NCBI GenBank assembly: GCA_963727485.1
Contig: CAVSGM010000002.1
Location: 896,001 to 960,000 of the forward strand
DNA from: an uncultured delta proteobacterium
Lineage (GTDB): Bacteria; Myxococcota; Myxococcia; SLRQ01
Reading direction: 5' to 3'
DNA length: 64,000 nt
The notes below the pieces were generated by a model. The model did not search any database. It was not told the origin of the DNA and worked only from the letters and a program-made list of their open reading frames with translations. Position 1 is the first letter of the stretch, and each line of letters starts with the position of its first letter. Position numbers and translations under genes: made by a program. This document shows, one piece after another, positions 41,111 through 53,316 of this stretch.

Positions 41111-41578
41111 GTGGGTTACCGAGAAGCACGACTGGATGGCACGGCGGGCCGACGCGGCGGTCCCGCCCTCGGGGGACTGCCAGGGCTGGTGGCCCTCGCT
41201 GCCCTCGCCGCCGGCTGCGCCACCTCGGCGCCGCCCCCGGCGCCGGCCTCCACCGTCCGCCTCACCGGCGTCCGGGCCTGGCGCCACGCCGGCGCCACCC
41301 TGGTGGCCACCGCCCGGGCCCGGGTCGCCACCCTCGACCCCGACCTGCGCACCGCCCGCCTCGAGGGCGCCCGCCTCGGCCTGCCCGCCCAGGCCGTCAC
41401 CCTCGCCGCCCCGGCGGTGACCCTGGACCTCTCGGCCAACCGCGCCACCGGCACCGACGGCGTCCACGTCACCGGGCCCAGCTGGACGCTCACCGCCCGG
41501 ACCTTCACCCTGGCCCCGGAGCCCGCCGGGCTCACCCTCGCAGGCGACGTCGACGCCCGGGGGGAGGCGACCCGGTGA
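41111..41578 (+). CDS. lptC: LptC-like LPS export protein (start uncertain)
   Basis: Hydrophobic anchor ending AAGC, beta-jellyroll-like strands, and position immediately before lptA-lptB. Confidence 0.55.
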   Translation: MGYREARLDGTAGRRGGPALGGLPGLVALAALAAGCATSAPPPAPASTVRLTGVRAWRHAGATLVATARARVATLDPDLRTARLEGARLGLPAQAVTLAAPAVTLDLSANRATGTDGVHVTGPSWTLTARTFTLAPEPAGLTLAGDVDARGEATR

Positions 41579-42097
41579 GGCGGCTCCTGGTCCTCGCCAT
41601 GTCGCTCGGCCTCGCCGCCCCGGCCGTGGCCGCGGCCCAGGCCGGCGGGGCGAGGTCCCCTGGCCGGCCGGCGCCGCTCTTCCGCCCCAGCCCCAAGCTC
41701 CCGGTGCAGATCCAGGCCGACCAGCTCGGTGGCCCACGCCCAGGGCCACCAGGCGACCTTCTCCGGCCACGTCCACGTGGCCCAGGCCGGCTACACCCTC
41801 ACCTGCGACCGGCTCACCGTCTTCTACGGCGCCGGGCAGAAGGTCGAGCGCCTCGTCGCCGACGGCCACGTGAGGGTGGTCCAGGGCGACCGGGTGGTCA
41901 CCTCCGAGCGCGCCGAGCTGAACAACAAGAAGCGCCTGCTCACCCTCACCGGCGAGCCGGTGGTCACCCAGGGCGAGAACGTCCTCAAGGGCGAGCTCAT
42001 CACCCTCGACCTCGCCACCAACCAGGTGAAGGTGGCCCAGGTCCGGGCCCGGCTGAAGGTCGGCGACCTCACCCGCAGCGACGGAGGCACCCGGTGA
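41575..42097 (+). CDS. lptA: LPS transport periplasmic protein LptA (apparent +1 frameshift at ~41728)
   Basis: Signal peptide, PVQIQADQL | [11 protein letters not shown]...[19 protein letters not shown]. Confidence 0.8.
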
Positions 42098-42859
42098 CCG
42101 CCCCCGTCCTGGTGGCCGAGGGCCTGGTGAAGCGCTACCGGGGCCGCCGGGTCGTCGACGGCGTCTCCTTCGAGGTCGCCCCCGGCGAGATCGCCGGGCT
42201 GCTCGGCCCCAACGGCGCCGGGAAGACCACCAGCTTCAACATGGTGGTGGGCCTGGTGCGCCCCGACGCCGGCCAGGTGCGCCTCGCCGGCGAGGACGTC
42301 ACCCGCCTGCCCATGCACCGCCGGGCCCGCGCGGGGCCTCGGCTACCTGCCCCAGGAGGCGTCCATCTTCCGGCGGCTCACCGTCCGCGAGAACTTCCTG
42401 GCGGTCATGGAGCTGTGCGGCCTCCCGCGCGCCGAGCGCCCGGGCCGGGTCGACGCCCTGGTCGAGGAGTTCGACCTGCGCACCGTGCAGGACAGCCTCG
42501 GCGAGACCCTCTCCGGAGGCGAGCGCCGCCGGGTGGAGGTGGCGCGCAGCCTCATCCCCGGCCCCCGGGTGATCCTCTTCGACGAGCCGTTCGCCGGCGT
42601 CGACCCCATCGCCGTCGCCGAGCTGCAGAGCCTCATCGGCGGCCTCAAGGCGCGGGGCATCGCCGTGCTCATCACCGACCACAACGTGCGCGAGACCCTG
42701 GGCATCTGCGACCGGGCGACCATCCTCTCCGCGGGGAAGGTCCTGGTCAGCGGCAGCCCCGCCGAGGTGGCGAAGAGCCCCGAGGCCCGGGCCGTCTACC
42801 TCGGAGAGCGCTTCGCCCTCGAGGCGCAGCACCTTTCCGCCCCCCCGGCCCTGGACTAG
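42094..42859 (+). CDS. lptB: LPS export ABC ATPase LptB (frameshift in a G-run at ~42335)
   Basis: [17 protein letters not shown] | [30 protein letters not shown] and [10 protein letters not shown]. Confidence 0.92.
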
Positions 42860-42876
42860 CTTCGAATGGAGATCCG

Positions 42877-44355
42877 ATGGCCCTAGAGCTGAAGCAATCG
42901 CTCAAGATGACGCAGCAGCTGGTGATGACGCCCCAGCTGCAGCAGGCGATCAAGCTCCTCCAGCTCTCGCGGATGGAGCTGGTCGACCTGGTCCGCGAAG
43001 AGATGATGGAGAACCCCCTCCTCGAGGAGCACGACGAGGAGGAGCGGATCAGCGACGTCCCCACCATCAACGACGCCCCCGAGCCCACCCTCACCGCCGA
43101 GCCCAAGCAGCCAGAGCGCCCCGAGGACGACCCCAAGGCCGAGAAGGCCGCCGAGGACATCGACTGGGAGGCCTATCTCGAGAACTACCAGCAGTTCGGC
43201 CCCACCGCCGGGCCCGGGGTGCGCCCCGACTCCGACGACCTCCCCGACTACCAGCAGACCCTCACCCGGGCGACCACCCTCTTCGAGCACCTCATCTGGC
43301 AGCTGCGCCTCTCGCACTTCACCGAGGAGGAGGAGCGGGCGGCGGTGTGGATCATCGGCAACCTCTCCGACGACGGCTACTTCAAGAACGCCGGCGAGGC
43401 GGGCGACCCGGTGATCCTCTGCTCCCGGGAGACCGGCGCCAGCCTCACCGCCGCCGAGCACGCCCTCAAGAAGGTGCAGCTCCTCGACCCGGTGGGCATC
43501 GCCGCCCGGGACCTCAAGGAGTGCCTGCTGATCCAGGCGAAGGCCATGGGCGAGGACGACACCCTGGTCGGCGAGATCATCCAGCACCACCTGGACAAGG
43601 TCGAGAGCCACAACCTCCCGGCCATCGCCAAGGAGCTCAAGGTCTCCATCGACTCCATCGTCGACGCGGTGAAGATGATCACCACCATGGAGCCGCGGCC
43701 CGGCCGCCAGTACACCGGCAACGAGCCCCAGTACATCACCCCCGACGTCTACGTGTACAAGGTCGCCGACAAGTACGTGACCGTGCTCAACGACGATGGG
43801 CTGTCCAAGCTCAAGGTCTCCGCCGCCTACCGCACCGCCCTGAAGAACGGCAGCGCCGGCGCCGCCAAGGAGTACATCCAGGACAAGCTGCGCAGCGCGG
43901 TGTGGCTCATCCGCTCCATCCACCAGCGCCAGCGGACCATCTACAAGGTCACCGAGAGCATCGTGAAGTTCCAGCGGGACTTCCTCGACTTCGGCATCGG
44001 CCACCTCCGGCCCCTCATCCTCCGGGACGTGGCCGACGACATCGGGATGCACGAGTCCACCGTCTCCCGGGTGACCACCAACAAGTACGTCCACACCCCC
44101 CAGGGCATCTACGAGCTGAAGTTCTTCTTCAACTCGGCGATCACCCGCACCAGCGGCGACGACCTCGCCAGCGAGGCGGTGAAGTCGAAGATCAAGAAGC
44201 TGGTGGCCGACGAAGACCTCAAGAAGCCCCTGTCCGACCAGAAGATCGTCGAGGTGCTGGCGACGCAGGGCATCGAGATCGCCCGGCGGACCGTCGCCAA
44301 GTACCGCGACCAGCTCGGGATCCTCCCCTCGTCCAAGCGCCGTCGCCTCTACTAA
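42877..44355 (+). CDS. rpoN: RNA polymerase sigma-54 factor
   Basis: [25 protein letters not shown] and RpoN box ARRTVAKYR. Confidence 0.98.
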   Translation: MALELKQSLKMTQQLVMTPQLQQAIKLLQLSRMELVDLVREEMMENPLLEEHDEEERISDVPTINDAPEPTLTAEPKQPERPEDDPKAEKAAEDIDWEAYLENYQQFGPTAGPGVRPDSDDLPDYQQTLTRATTLFEHLIWQLRLSHFTEEEERAAVWIIGNLSDDGYFKNAGEAGDPVILCSRETGASLTAAEHALKKVQLLDPVGIAARDLKECLLIQAKAMGEDDTLVGEIIQHHLDKVESHNLPAIAKELKVSIDSIVDAVKMITTMEPRPGRQYTGNEPQYITPDVYVYKVADKYVTVLNDDGLSKLKVSAAYRTALKNGSAGAAKEYIQDKLRSAVWLIRSIHQRQRTIYKVTESIVKFQRDFLDFGIGHLRPLILRDVADDIGMHESTVSRVTTNKYVHTPQGIYELKFFFNSAITRTSGDDLASEAVKSKIKKLVADEDLKKPLSDQKIVEVLATQGIEIARRTVAKYRDQLGILPSSKRRRLY

Positions 44356-44382
44356 CCACCCCCCAGGAGCGAAGAGAAGCCC

Positions 44383-45028
44383 ATGGCAGCGATGCAGCTC
44401 GACGTGACCTTCCGCAACATCGAAAGCAGCGAAGCCCTCAAGGCCTACGCCCGTGAGAAGGTCGAGCGGGTGAACAAGTACGTCGACCGGCCGATGGAGG
44501 CGCACGTGGTGCTCTCCAGCGAGCGCCACGAGATGCACGCCGACATCCGGATCCACGTCCACCAGTCCGACCTCACCCTCCGGGGCAAGGCCAAGGAAGA
44601 GGACATGTACGCCTCGGTGGACGTGGCCATGGACAAGATCGAGCGGCAGCTCCGGCGCTACAAGGAGAAGCTCAAGAACCACAAGCCCTCGGCCAACGGC
44701 GCGCCCCTCAAGGTGCGCTACGGGGTGCTGGCGCCCGAGGGCCTGGTCCCCGAGGAGCTGCTCGCCGACGGGGTGCCCACCGTGGCGGCCGGGGACGCGG
44801 CGAGCCCCGACGGCGCCTCGGCGACCCCGCCCGCCGAGGGCGCCTCCCGCATCGTGCGCAACACCGAGTTCCTCGCCAAGCCGATGACCGTGGACGAGGC
44901 GGTGATGCAGATGGATTCTCATGAACAACGAGTTCCTCGTGTTCCGCGACGCCCAGACCGCCGGGGTCAACGTCATCTACCGGCGCAAGGACGGGAACAT
45001 CGGGCTCATCGAGGCCTCCCGTGAGTGA
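44383..45028 (+). CDS. hpf: Long-form ribosome hibernation promoting factor (apparent +1 frameshift at ~44916)
   Basis: DMYASVDVAMDKIERQLRRYK and KPMTVDEAVMQM | NEFLVFR...NVIYRRKDGNIGLIE. Confidence 0.9.
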
Positions 45029-45497
45029 TGGTGGCGTCCGGATCCGCGAGCTGCTCGACCGCAGCCTCGTCCTCCCCGATCTGCAGGCCGCGGACAAGAC
45101 CGCGGTCCTCACCGAGCTGTGCCGGCCCCTCGCCGAGAAGCACGCCGACCTGGACCCGGACCAGATGGTCCGCATCCTCCTCGAGCGTGAGCGCCTCGGC
45201 TCCACCGGGGTCGGCGAGGGCGTGGCCATCCCCCACGGCAAGCTCAATGGGATCAAGGGCCTGGTGGCGAGCTTCGGCCGCTCGAAGCAGGGCATCGACT
45301 TCGCCGCCCTCGACGACAAGCCGGCGCACCTGTTCTTCGTGCTCTTCGCCCCGGCGAACGCCGCGGCGATGCACCTCAAGGCCCTGGCGCGCATCTCCCG
45401 GCTCCTCAAGAACGCGGCGTTCCGGGACAAGCTCCTGGAGGCCGAGGGGGCCCAGGGGATCCTCGAGGCCATCGCCGCCGAGGAGAGCCGGTTCTAG
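45021..45497 (+). CDS. ptsN: PTS EIIA-Ntr
   Basis: ERERLGSTGVGEGVAIPHGK and HLKALARISR. Confidence 0.92.
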   Translation: MSDGGVRIRELLDRSLVLPDLQAADKTAVLTELCRPLAEKHADLDPDQMVRILLERERLGSTGVGEGVAIPHGKLNGIKGLVASFGRSKQGIDFAALDDKPAHLFFVLFAPANAAAMHLKALARISRLLKNAAFRDKLLEAEGAQGILEAIAAEESRF

Positions 45498-45513
45498 GCC
45501 GGCGGGCGCGCCC

Positions 45514-46491
45514 ATGGTCTCGATCCCCGTCGGACAGCTCCTCGACGCCGACGCCGGCGACCTCAAGCTCACGCTCCTCGCCGGCGGCGAGAAGGGCCTC
45601 GCCCGGCGCATCGCCTCGGCGCGGATCCAGAAGCCGGGGCTGGTGCTCACCGGCCACACCGAGGGCGTCCACCCCGACCGGGTGGCGGTCTTCGGCAACA
45701 CCGAGATGACCTACATCCAGGGCCTCACCGAGGACCAGGTGCGCCGCGGGATGCGGGCGCTCTTCGGCTCGCGGATCTCGGCGCTGGCGGTGACCAAGGA
45801 CTTCCCGGTGCCAAAGGTGCTCCGGGAGGAGGCCGACGAGGCGGGGGTGGCGATCCTCGCCACGCCGCTGTTGTCCAGCACCCTGATGATGCGGCTGACC
45901 GCCTACCTCGAGGACGCCCTGGCGCCCTCGACCAGCCTCCACGGGGTGCTCATCGACGTCCTCGGGGTGGGGATCCTCATCCTCGGCAAGAGCGGCATCG
46001 GCAAGAGCGAGGCCGCCCTCGACCTGGTCCTCCGGGGCCACCGCCTGGTCGCCGACGACATCGTCGACATCAAGCGCCGGGGCGGGAACTCCCTCTACGG
46101 CCAGGGCTCGGAGATCATCCGCCACCACATGGAGATCCGGGGCCTGGGGATCATCAACATCAAGGACCTCTTCGGCGTCGCCGCCGTCCGCGAGCGCAAG
46201 AAGCTGGAGATGGTCGTCGAGCTGGTGGAGTGGGATCCCTCGGTGCAGTACGACCGCCTGGGGGTCGAGGAGCACACCTACGAGATCCTCGACCTCACCA
46301 TCCCCCAGCTGATGATCCCCGTCCGCCCGGGCCGGAACATGACCACCATCATCGAGGTCGCCGCCCGCAACCACCTCCTCAAGCTCCAGGGGCACCACTC
46401 GGCCCTGGAGTTCCAGGAGCGCCTCAACAAGGCCATCGCCGACGCCGGCCTGGCCCAGGTGCGCCGGGGCCCCGGCGAGGACATCGAGTGA
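45514..46491 (+). CDS. hprK: HPr kinase/phosphorylase
   Basis: GKSGIGKSE, LVADD, MEIRGLGII and PVRPGRN. Confidence 0.95.
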   Translation: MVSIPVGQLLDADAGDLKLTLLAGGEKGLARRIASARIQKPGLVLTGHTEGVHPDRVAVFGNTEMTYIQGLTEDQVRRGMRALFGSRISALAVTKDFPVPKVLREEADEAGVAILATPLLSSTLMMRLTAYLEDALAPSTSLHGVLIDVLGVGILILGKSGIGKSEAALDLVLRGHRLVADDIVDIKRRGGNSLYGQGSEIIRHHMEIRGLGIINIKDLFGVAAVRERKKLEMVVELVEWDPSVQYDRLGVEEHTYEILDLTIPQLMIPVRPGRNMTTIIEVAARNHLLKLQGHHSALEFQERLNKAIADAGLAQVRRGPGEDIE

Positions 46492-47360
46492 GCGACCCGC
46501 CTCCCACCCGCCTGGTGCTGGTCACCGGCGTCTCCGGCTCCGGGAAGACCACGGCGCTCAAGGCCCTCGAGGACCTGGGCTACTTCTCCATCGACAACCT
46601 GCCCATCGTCCTGCTCCCGCGGCTCCTCGAGCTGGGGACCCACACCTCCGAGGACGTCTCCAAGATCGCGCTGGTGGTCGACTGCCGCGAGGGGGGCTTC
46701 CTCGACGACGTCCCCGCGGAGATCGCCGCCGCCCGGCAGGCGGGCCACCAGGTGCAGGTGGTCTTCCTCGACACCGACGACACGGTGCTGCTCCGGCGCT
46801 TCAGCGAGACCCGCCGCCGCCACCCCCTGGCGGAGAAGGGCTCGGTGGAGGGCGCCATCGCCCGGGAGCGCGAGGCCCTGGCGGCGCTCCGGGAGATGGC
46901 CGACCAGGTCATCGACACCACCGCGCTGTCGGTCCACGAGCTCAAGGGCGTGTTCCAGGACCACTTCGCCGCCGACCCCACCGACGCCTTCCCCTCGGTG
47001 AGCGTGCTCTCCTTCGGCTTCAAGCACGGGCTCCCCGCCCAGGCCGACCTGGTCCTCGACTGCCGCTTCCTCCCCAACCCCCACTTCGTCCCCGAGCTCA
47101 AGCCGCTCACCGGCCTCGATCCCGCGGTGGCGAGCTTCGTCCTCGACCGGGAGGAGACCGCCGAGTTCCTCGACCGGGTCGAGGGGATGCTCTCCTGGCT
47201 GCTCCCCCGGTACCGCCGGGAGCGCAAGGCCTACCTCACCGTGGCGATGGGCTGCACCGGGGGCCGGCACCGGTCGGTGGCGCTCGCCGAGCGGGTGGGG
47301 GCGGCGCTGCGGGCCCAGGGGGTCGAGGCCGCGGTCCGCCACCGGGACATCGGCAAGTAA
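46488..47360 (+). CDS. rapZ: RNase adapter RapZ/YvcJ
   Basis: TGVSGSGKT, RRFSETRRRHP, SFGFKHG, RFLPNP and GCTGGRHRSV. Confidence 0.95.
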   Translation: MSDPPPTRLVLVTGVSGSGKTTALKALEDLGYFSIDNLPIVLLPRLLELGTHTSEDVSKIALVVDCREGGFLDDVPAEIAAARQAGHQVQVVFLDTDDTVLLRRFSETRRRHPLAEKGSVEGAIAREREALAALREMADQVIDTTALSVHELKGVFQDHFAADPTDAFPSVSVLSFGFKHGLPAQADLVLDCRFLPNPHFVPELKPLTGLDPAVASFVLDREETAEFLDRVEGMLSWLLPRYRRERKAYLTVAMGCTGGRHRSVALAERVGAALRAQGVEAAVRHRDIGK

Positions 47361-47431
47361 CCGCGGGGCAAACATGGCGCCCGGGCCAACCGGGTGGTAG
47401 ATCACTCGTAGTCCCCCCCAGGCCTCGCCAC

Positions 47432-47887
47432 ATGGTTGCCGGCGTCATTGTCACCCACGGTCAGCTCGCGCAGGCGCTCCTCGACACGGCGCGCCTCATC
47501 GTGGGTGACCTGCCTTTGGTGCAGGCGGTGTGCCTCGAGCCCTGGGACGGCGGCGAGGTCTGCTCCGCCAAGGTCCACCGGGCCATCGACGCGGTGGACC
47601 AGGGCGATGGGGTCCTGGTCCTCGCCGACCTCCCCGGGGGCACCCCCTGCAACGTGGGCATCGGCTGCCTCGAGGACCGGAAGGTCGAGGTGGTCACCGG
47701 CGTCAACGTCTCGATGCTGGTCAAGCTCCGGGGCCTCCAGCTCGCCGGCGCCGACCTCCTCGAGGCCGCCCACCAGGTGGCGATCCACGGCGCCAGCAGC
47801 GTCCGGGTGATGTCCGAGGAGGTCCGGGCGCGGGCCGAGGCCCAGGCCCAGGCGGCGGCGGCGGGCTCGGGCGAGCCGGGCAGATGA
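47432..47887 (+). CDS. PTS mannose-family EIIA
   Basis: VIVTHG, DLPGGTPCN and VVTGVN. Confidence 0.88.
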   Translation: MVAGVIVTHGQLAQALLDTARLIVGDLPLVQAVCLEPWDGGEVCSAKVHRAIDAVDQGDGVLVLADLPGGTPCNVGIGCLEDRKVEVVTGVNVSMLVKLRGLQLAGADLLEAAHQVAIHGASSVRVMSEEVRARAEAQAQAAAAGSGEPGR

Positions 47888-48381
47888 GCGTCGCCGCGGT
47901 GAGGATCGACGGGCGCCTGGTCCACGGCCAGGTGGTGGAGACCTGGCTCCCGGCCCTGGAGGTCACCCGGATCCTGGTCGTCGACGACGAAGCCGCCCGG
48001 TCCACCCTCTCCCGGGCGGCCATGCGCATGGCCCTGCCCCCGCGGGTGGAGCTCACCATCACCGCCCCGGCGGAGGTGGACTGGGACGAGGCCCGCTCCG
48101 GGGCCGGCCGCACCCTGGTCCTGGTGCGCACCGTGGCCGCCGCGGTCACCGTGGACACCGGCCTCGACCTCGCCGCCCACGAGATCCCCCTGAACGTGGG
48201 GGTGGTGCAGCACACCCCCGGCCGCCGGCCCATCACCAGCGGCATCCACCTCTCCGGCGACGAGGTCGAGGCCCTCGCCGGCCTCGCTTACCGCGGGGTG
48301 AAGGTCGAGCTGCGCAGCCTCCCCGACCAGCCGCCCCTCACGGTGGACGACGCCCGGGCGCGGTTCCTCAAGGCCGGGTGA
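47884..48381 (+). CDS. PTS mannose/sorbose-family EIIB
   Basis: RIDGRLVHGQV and LNVG. Confidence 0.88.
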   Translation: MSVAAVRIDGRLVHGQVVETWLPALEVTRILVVDDEAARSTLSRAAMRMALPPRVELTITAPAEVDWDEARSGAGRTLVLVRTVAAAVTVDTGLDLAAHEIPLNVGVVQHTPGRRPITSGIHLSGDEVEALAGLAYRGVKVELRSLPDQPPLTVDDARARFLKAG

Positions 48382-48385
48382 GCCG

Positions 48386-49102
48386 GTGACCCTTCTCCCG
48401 GGACTCCTCTGGGTGGCGGGGGTGGCGGCGCTGGCCGAGGTCGAGCGCAAGGGCGCGGTGCAGGGGATGCTCGCCCGGCCCCTGGTCCTGGCGCCGCTCC
48501 TCGGGTGGCTCCTGGGCCACGGCGCCGCGGGGCTGGCCCTGGCGGCGCCCCTGGAGCTGTTCTGGCTCGGGGGCTTGAACATCGGCGCCAACCTCCCGGA
48601 CAACGAGGTGGTGGGCACCGCCGCGGTGGTGGGCGCCGCCTGCCTCGCCGCCGGCCCGGCGCCGGTGGACCCGGGGCTGGCGCTCCTCGCGGTGCTGCTC
48701 CTGGGCCCGGTGGCGATCCTCGGCCGGGTCGCCGACGAGCAGGTGGAGCGGGCCAACGTGGGCCTCGCCGCCCGGGTCGCCGCCCGGGCCGAGGGCGGCG
48801 TCGAGGACCCGGCGCGCCTGGCGCTGCTGGGCCTTCTGGCCCCGGCGGTGAGCGGGGCGATCCTCGGGGTGGTCGGGGCCGGGGCCGGCGCCCTGCTCCT
48901 CCCCCGGATCCTCGCCGCCCTCCCCGAGACCCTGCGCGCCGCCCTGCCCCTGGGGTGGCTGGCCCTGGGCGCCGCCGCCGCCGCCGCCGCGGTCGCGGCC
49001 ATCCGGACCCCGCGGGCCACCCTCACCGCCGGGGTCGCCGTGGGCGCGGGCCTGTTGGTGCTCCTGGGCCTCGTCGCCCTGGTCCCGGGGGCCGCCGGAT
49101 GA
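48386..49102 (+). CDS. PTS mannose-family EIIC (divergent)
   Basis: RPLV..PLLG and LELFWLGGLNIGANLP. Multi-TM. Confidence 0.75.
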   Translation: MTLLPGLLWVAGVAALAEVERKGAVQGMLARPLVLAPLLGWLLGHGAAGLALAAPLELFWLGGLNIGANLPDNEVVGTAAVVGAACLAAGPAPVDPGLALLAVLLLGPVAILGRVADEQVERANVGLAARVAARAEGGVEDPARLALLGLLAPAVSGAILGVVGAGAGALLLPRILAALPETLRAALPLGWLALGAAAAAAAVAAIRTPRATLTAGVAVGAGLLVLLGLVALVPGAAG

Positions 49103-49854
49103 GGCCCCGGCTCCCCAGGAGGGTGCTGGCCCGGTGCTTCTTCCGGTCGCTGCTGCTCCAGAGCGCCTGGAACGTCCGGGGGATGCAGAACCTGGGCTTC
49201 GCCTACGCCATCTGGCCGGCCCTCGCCGCCCTCTACCCCGACCCCGAGGCCCGGAAGGCGGCGGTGGCGCGGCACCTGGAGCCGTTCAACACCCACCCCT
49301 ACATGGCCGAGGCGATCCTCGGGGGGGCGATCCACCACGAGCTGCGCATCGCCGCCGGGCACCTGCCGCCGGAGCACGTGGGGCGGTTCAAGCAGGCCCT
49401 CGCCGGGCCCCTGGCGGGCCTGGGCGACACCTTCTTCTGGGCCTCCTGGCGCCCGGCGATCGGGGCCCTGGGGGTGCTGCTCCTGCCCCTGCTCGGGGTG
49501 TTCGCGGTGCCGGTGTTCCTGGTGGTCTACAACCTGGTGCACCTCGCGGTGCGCCTCTACCTCTTCCGCAGCGGCGTCGGCCTGGGCGACGCGGTGCTGG
49601 GGGCCCTGGGGCCCCTGCGCCTCGCGGAGCGGGCCGCGGCCTTCAAGGCCCTGGCCGCCGCCGCCGCCGGGCTGGCCCTGGTCGCCTGGGAGGGGACTTC
49701 GGCCCATGCCCTGGGCTATTCTGTTTCCCTGGTCACCGTCGGCGCCGCCGTCGGGGCCGGGATCCTGGTGGTCCTCCTCCGGGCCGGGCTCAACCCGTAC
49801 CTGGTGGCGGGGCTCGCCGCCGGGGCCGGGGTCCTGGCGGGGATCGCCGCATGA
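49099..49854 (+). CDS. PTS mannose-family EIID
   Basis: QSAWNVRGMQNLGF, HLEPFNTHPY and GPLAGLGDTFFW. Confidence 0.88.
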   Translation: MRPRLPRRVLARCFFRSLLLQSAWNVRGMQNLGFAYAIWPALAALYPDPEARKAAVARHLEPFNTHPYMAEAILGGAIHHELRIAAGHLPPEHVGRFKQALAGPLAGLGDTFFWASWRPAIGALGVLLLPLLGVFAVPVFLVVYNLVHLAVRLYLFRSGVGLGDAVLGALGPLRLAERAAAFKALAAAAAGLALVAWEGTSAHALGYSVSLVTVGAAVGAGILVVLLRAGLNPYLVAGLAAGAGVLAGIAA

Positions 49855-49864
49855 TGGGAGCGAG

Positions 49865-50134
49865 ATGAGCGCAGTGGGAACCTACGAGGTGGTCAACGAG
49901 CTCGGGCTCCACGCCCGGGCGGCGGCGGCCCTGGTGCAGGTGGCCAACGGCTTCGAGAGCACCATCCACCTCGCCCGGGAGGGCGACGAGGTGAATGCCA
50001 AGAGCATCATGGGGGTTCTGACGTTGGCGGCCGCCAAGGGCACGGAGGTCGTGGTGCGCTGTGAGGGGTCCGACGAGGCGGCGGCGCTCGCCGCGGTGGG
50101 CGCCCTCTTCGAGGACGGGTTCGGGGAGCTCTAG
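49865..50134 (+). CDS. ptsH: Phosphocarrier HPr
   Basis: GLHARAA (His15) and NAKSIMG (Ser46). Confidence 0.93.
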   Translation: MSAVGTYEVVNELGLHARAAAALVQVANGFESTIHLAREGDEVNAKSIMGVLTLAAAKGTEVVVRCEGSDEAAALAAVGALFEDGFGEL

Positions 50135-50149
50135 GCCCAGAGTGAGACG

Positions 50150-51940
<1,791 letters not shown>

Positions 51941-52011
51941 GGCCGCAGTGGGGGCGTCTCGTTCCCGCCGGCATGGCTCCCCGCGTGCGCCCGGGGGTGG
52001 TCCGGCGTATC

Positions 52012-52040
52012 TTGACGCCCCTGGGAGGCGCCGATAGTCT
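52012..52040 (+). promoter_or_regulatory. sigma70 promoter of metK
   Basis: TTGACG-17 bp-TAGTCT. Confidence 0.6.
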
Positions 52041-52099
52041 TCCCCGTTCGCAGCCCACCCGGGCGCCCCCCGTCTTCCCCGTTGTGGAGGTAGTTTCGC

Positions 52100-53287
52100 A
52101 TGCCGTCCAAGGACTTCCTGTTCACCAGTGAGTCGGTGACCGAGGGCCATCCCGACAAGATGGCCGACCAGATCTCCGACGCCGTCCTCGACGCCGCCCT
52201 CGAAGGCGATCCTTCGAGCCGCGTGGCCTGCGAGACCCTCCTCAAGACCGGCTTCGTGGTGCTGGCCGGCGAGATCACCACCCGCTCGACCATCGACTAC
52301 CCGGCGCTCGCCCGTCAGGTGGTCCGGGACATCGGCTACACCTCCAGCGACATGGGCTTCGACGCCGAGACCTGCGCGGTCCTCGCCGCCGTCGAGCGCC
52401 AGAGCCCCGACATCGCCATGGGCGTCGACGAGAGCACGGGCCACGAGCAGGGCGCCGGCGACCAGGGGATGATGTTCGGCTACGCCTGCGACGAGACCGA
52501 CGCGCTGATGCCCATGCCCATCCACCTCGCCCACCGGCTCACCGAGCGGCTCACCGAGGTCCGGAAGAACGGCACCCTCCCCTACCTGCGCCCCGACGGG
52601 AAGAGCCAGGTGACGGTGCGCTACCAGGACGGCAAGCCCCACGCCATCGAGGCGGTGGTCATCTCCACCCAGCACGACGCGGCGGTGGAGATGGGCGAGC
52701 TGCGCCAGGCGGTGCGCCGCGAGGTCATCGACCCGGTCCTCGACGGCTACCTGCTCTCCAGCGACATCGCCTACCACATCAACCCCACCGGCCGCTTCGT
52801 CATCGGCGGCCCCATGGGCGACGCCGGGCTCACCGGCCGCAAGATCATCGTCGACACCTACGGGGGCATGGGCCGCCACGGCGGGGGCGCCTTCTCCGGC
52901 AAGGACCCCTCCAAGGTCGACCGCTCCGCCGCCTACATGGCGCGCTACGTGGCCAAGAACATCGTCGCCGCCGGGCTGGCCGGGCGCTGCGAGGTGCAGC
53001 TGGCCTACGCCATCGGCGTCGCCGAGCCGGTCTCGGTGATGGTCGACACCTTCGGCACCGGCGCCCTCGACGAGGCCAAGCTCGCGGCCCTGGTGCGCAA
53101 GCACTTCGGCCTCAAGCCCCGGGAGATCATCGAGCAGCTCGACCTGCTCAAGCCCCGGTACCGCCCCACCGCCGCCTACGGCCACTTCGGCCGGGCCGAC
53201 GCCAGCTTCACCTGGGAGCGCACCGACAAGGCCGAGGCCCTCGCCGCCGACGCCGGGGTGACCCCCCGGGCGGCCGCGGCGAGCTGA
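52100..53287 (+). CDS. metK: S-adenosylmethionine synthetase
   Basis: [19 protein letters not shown] and GGGAFSGKD. Confidence 0.98.
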   Translation: MPSKDFLFTSESVTEGHPDKMADQISDAVLDAALEGDPSSRVACETLLKTGFVVLAGEITTRSTIDYPALARQVVRDIGYTSSDMGFDAETCAVLAAVERQSPDIAMGVDESTGHEQGAGDQGMMFGYACDETDALMPMPIHLAHRLTERLTEVRKNGTLPYLRPDGKSQVTVRYQDGKPHAIEAVVISTQHDAAVEMGELRQAVRREVIDPVLDGYLLSSDIAYHINPTGRFVIGGPMGDAGLTGRKIIVDTYGGMGRHGGGAFSGKDPSKVDRSAAYMARYVAKNIVAAGLAGRCEVQLAYAIGVAEPVSVMVDTFGTGALDEAKLAALVRKHFGLKPREIIEQLDLLKPRYRPTAAYGHFGRADASFTWERTDKAEALAADAGVTPRAAAAS

Positions 53288-53316
53288 CCGCGCCGAAGCA
53301 GGCGCCGCCGACTGCG

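Noticed and set aside
41041..44355. 1104-aa LptA/LptB/RpoN fusion ORF
   Set aside because: Produced by two frameshifts. rpoN has its own RBS and ATG at 42877.
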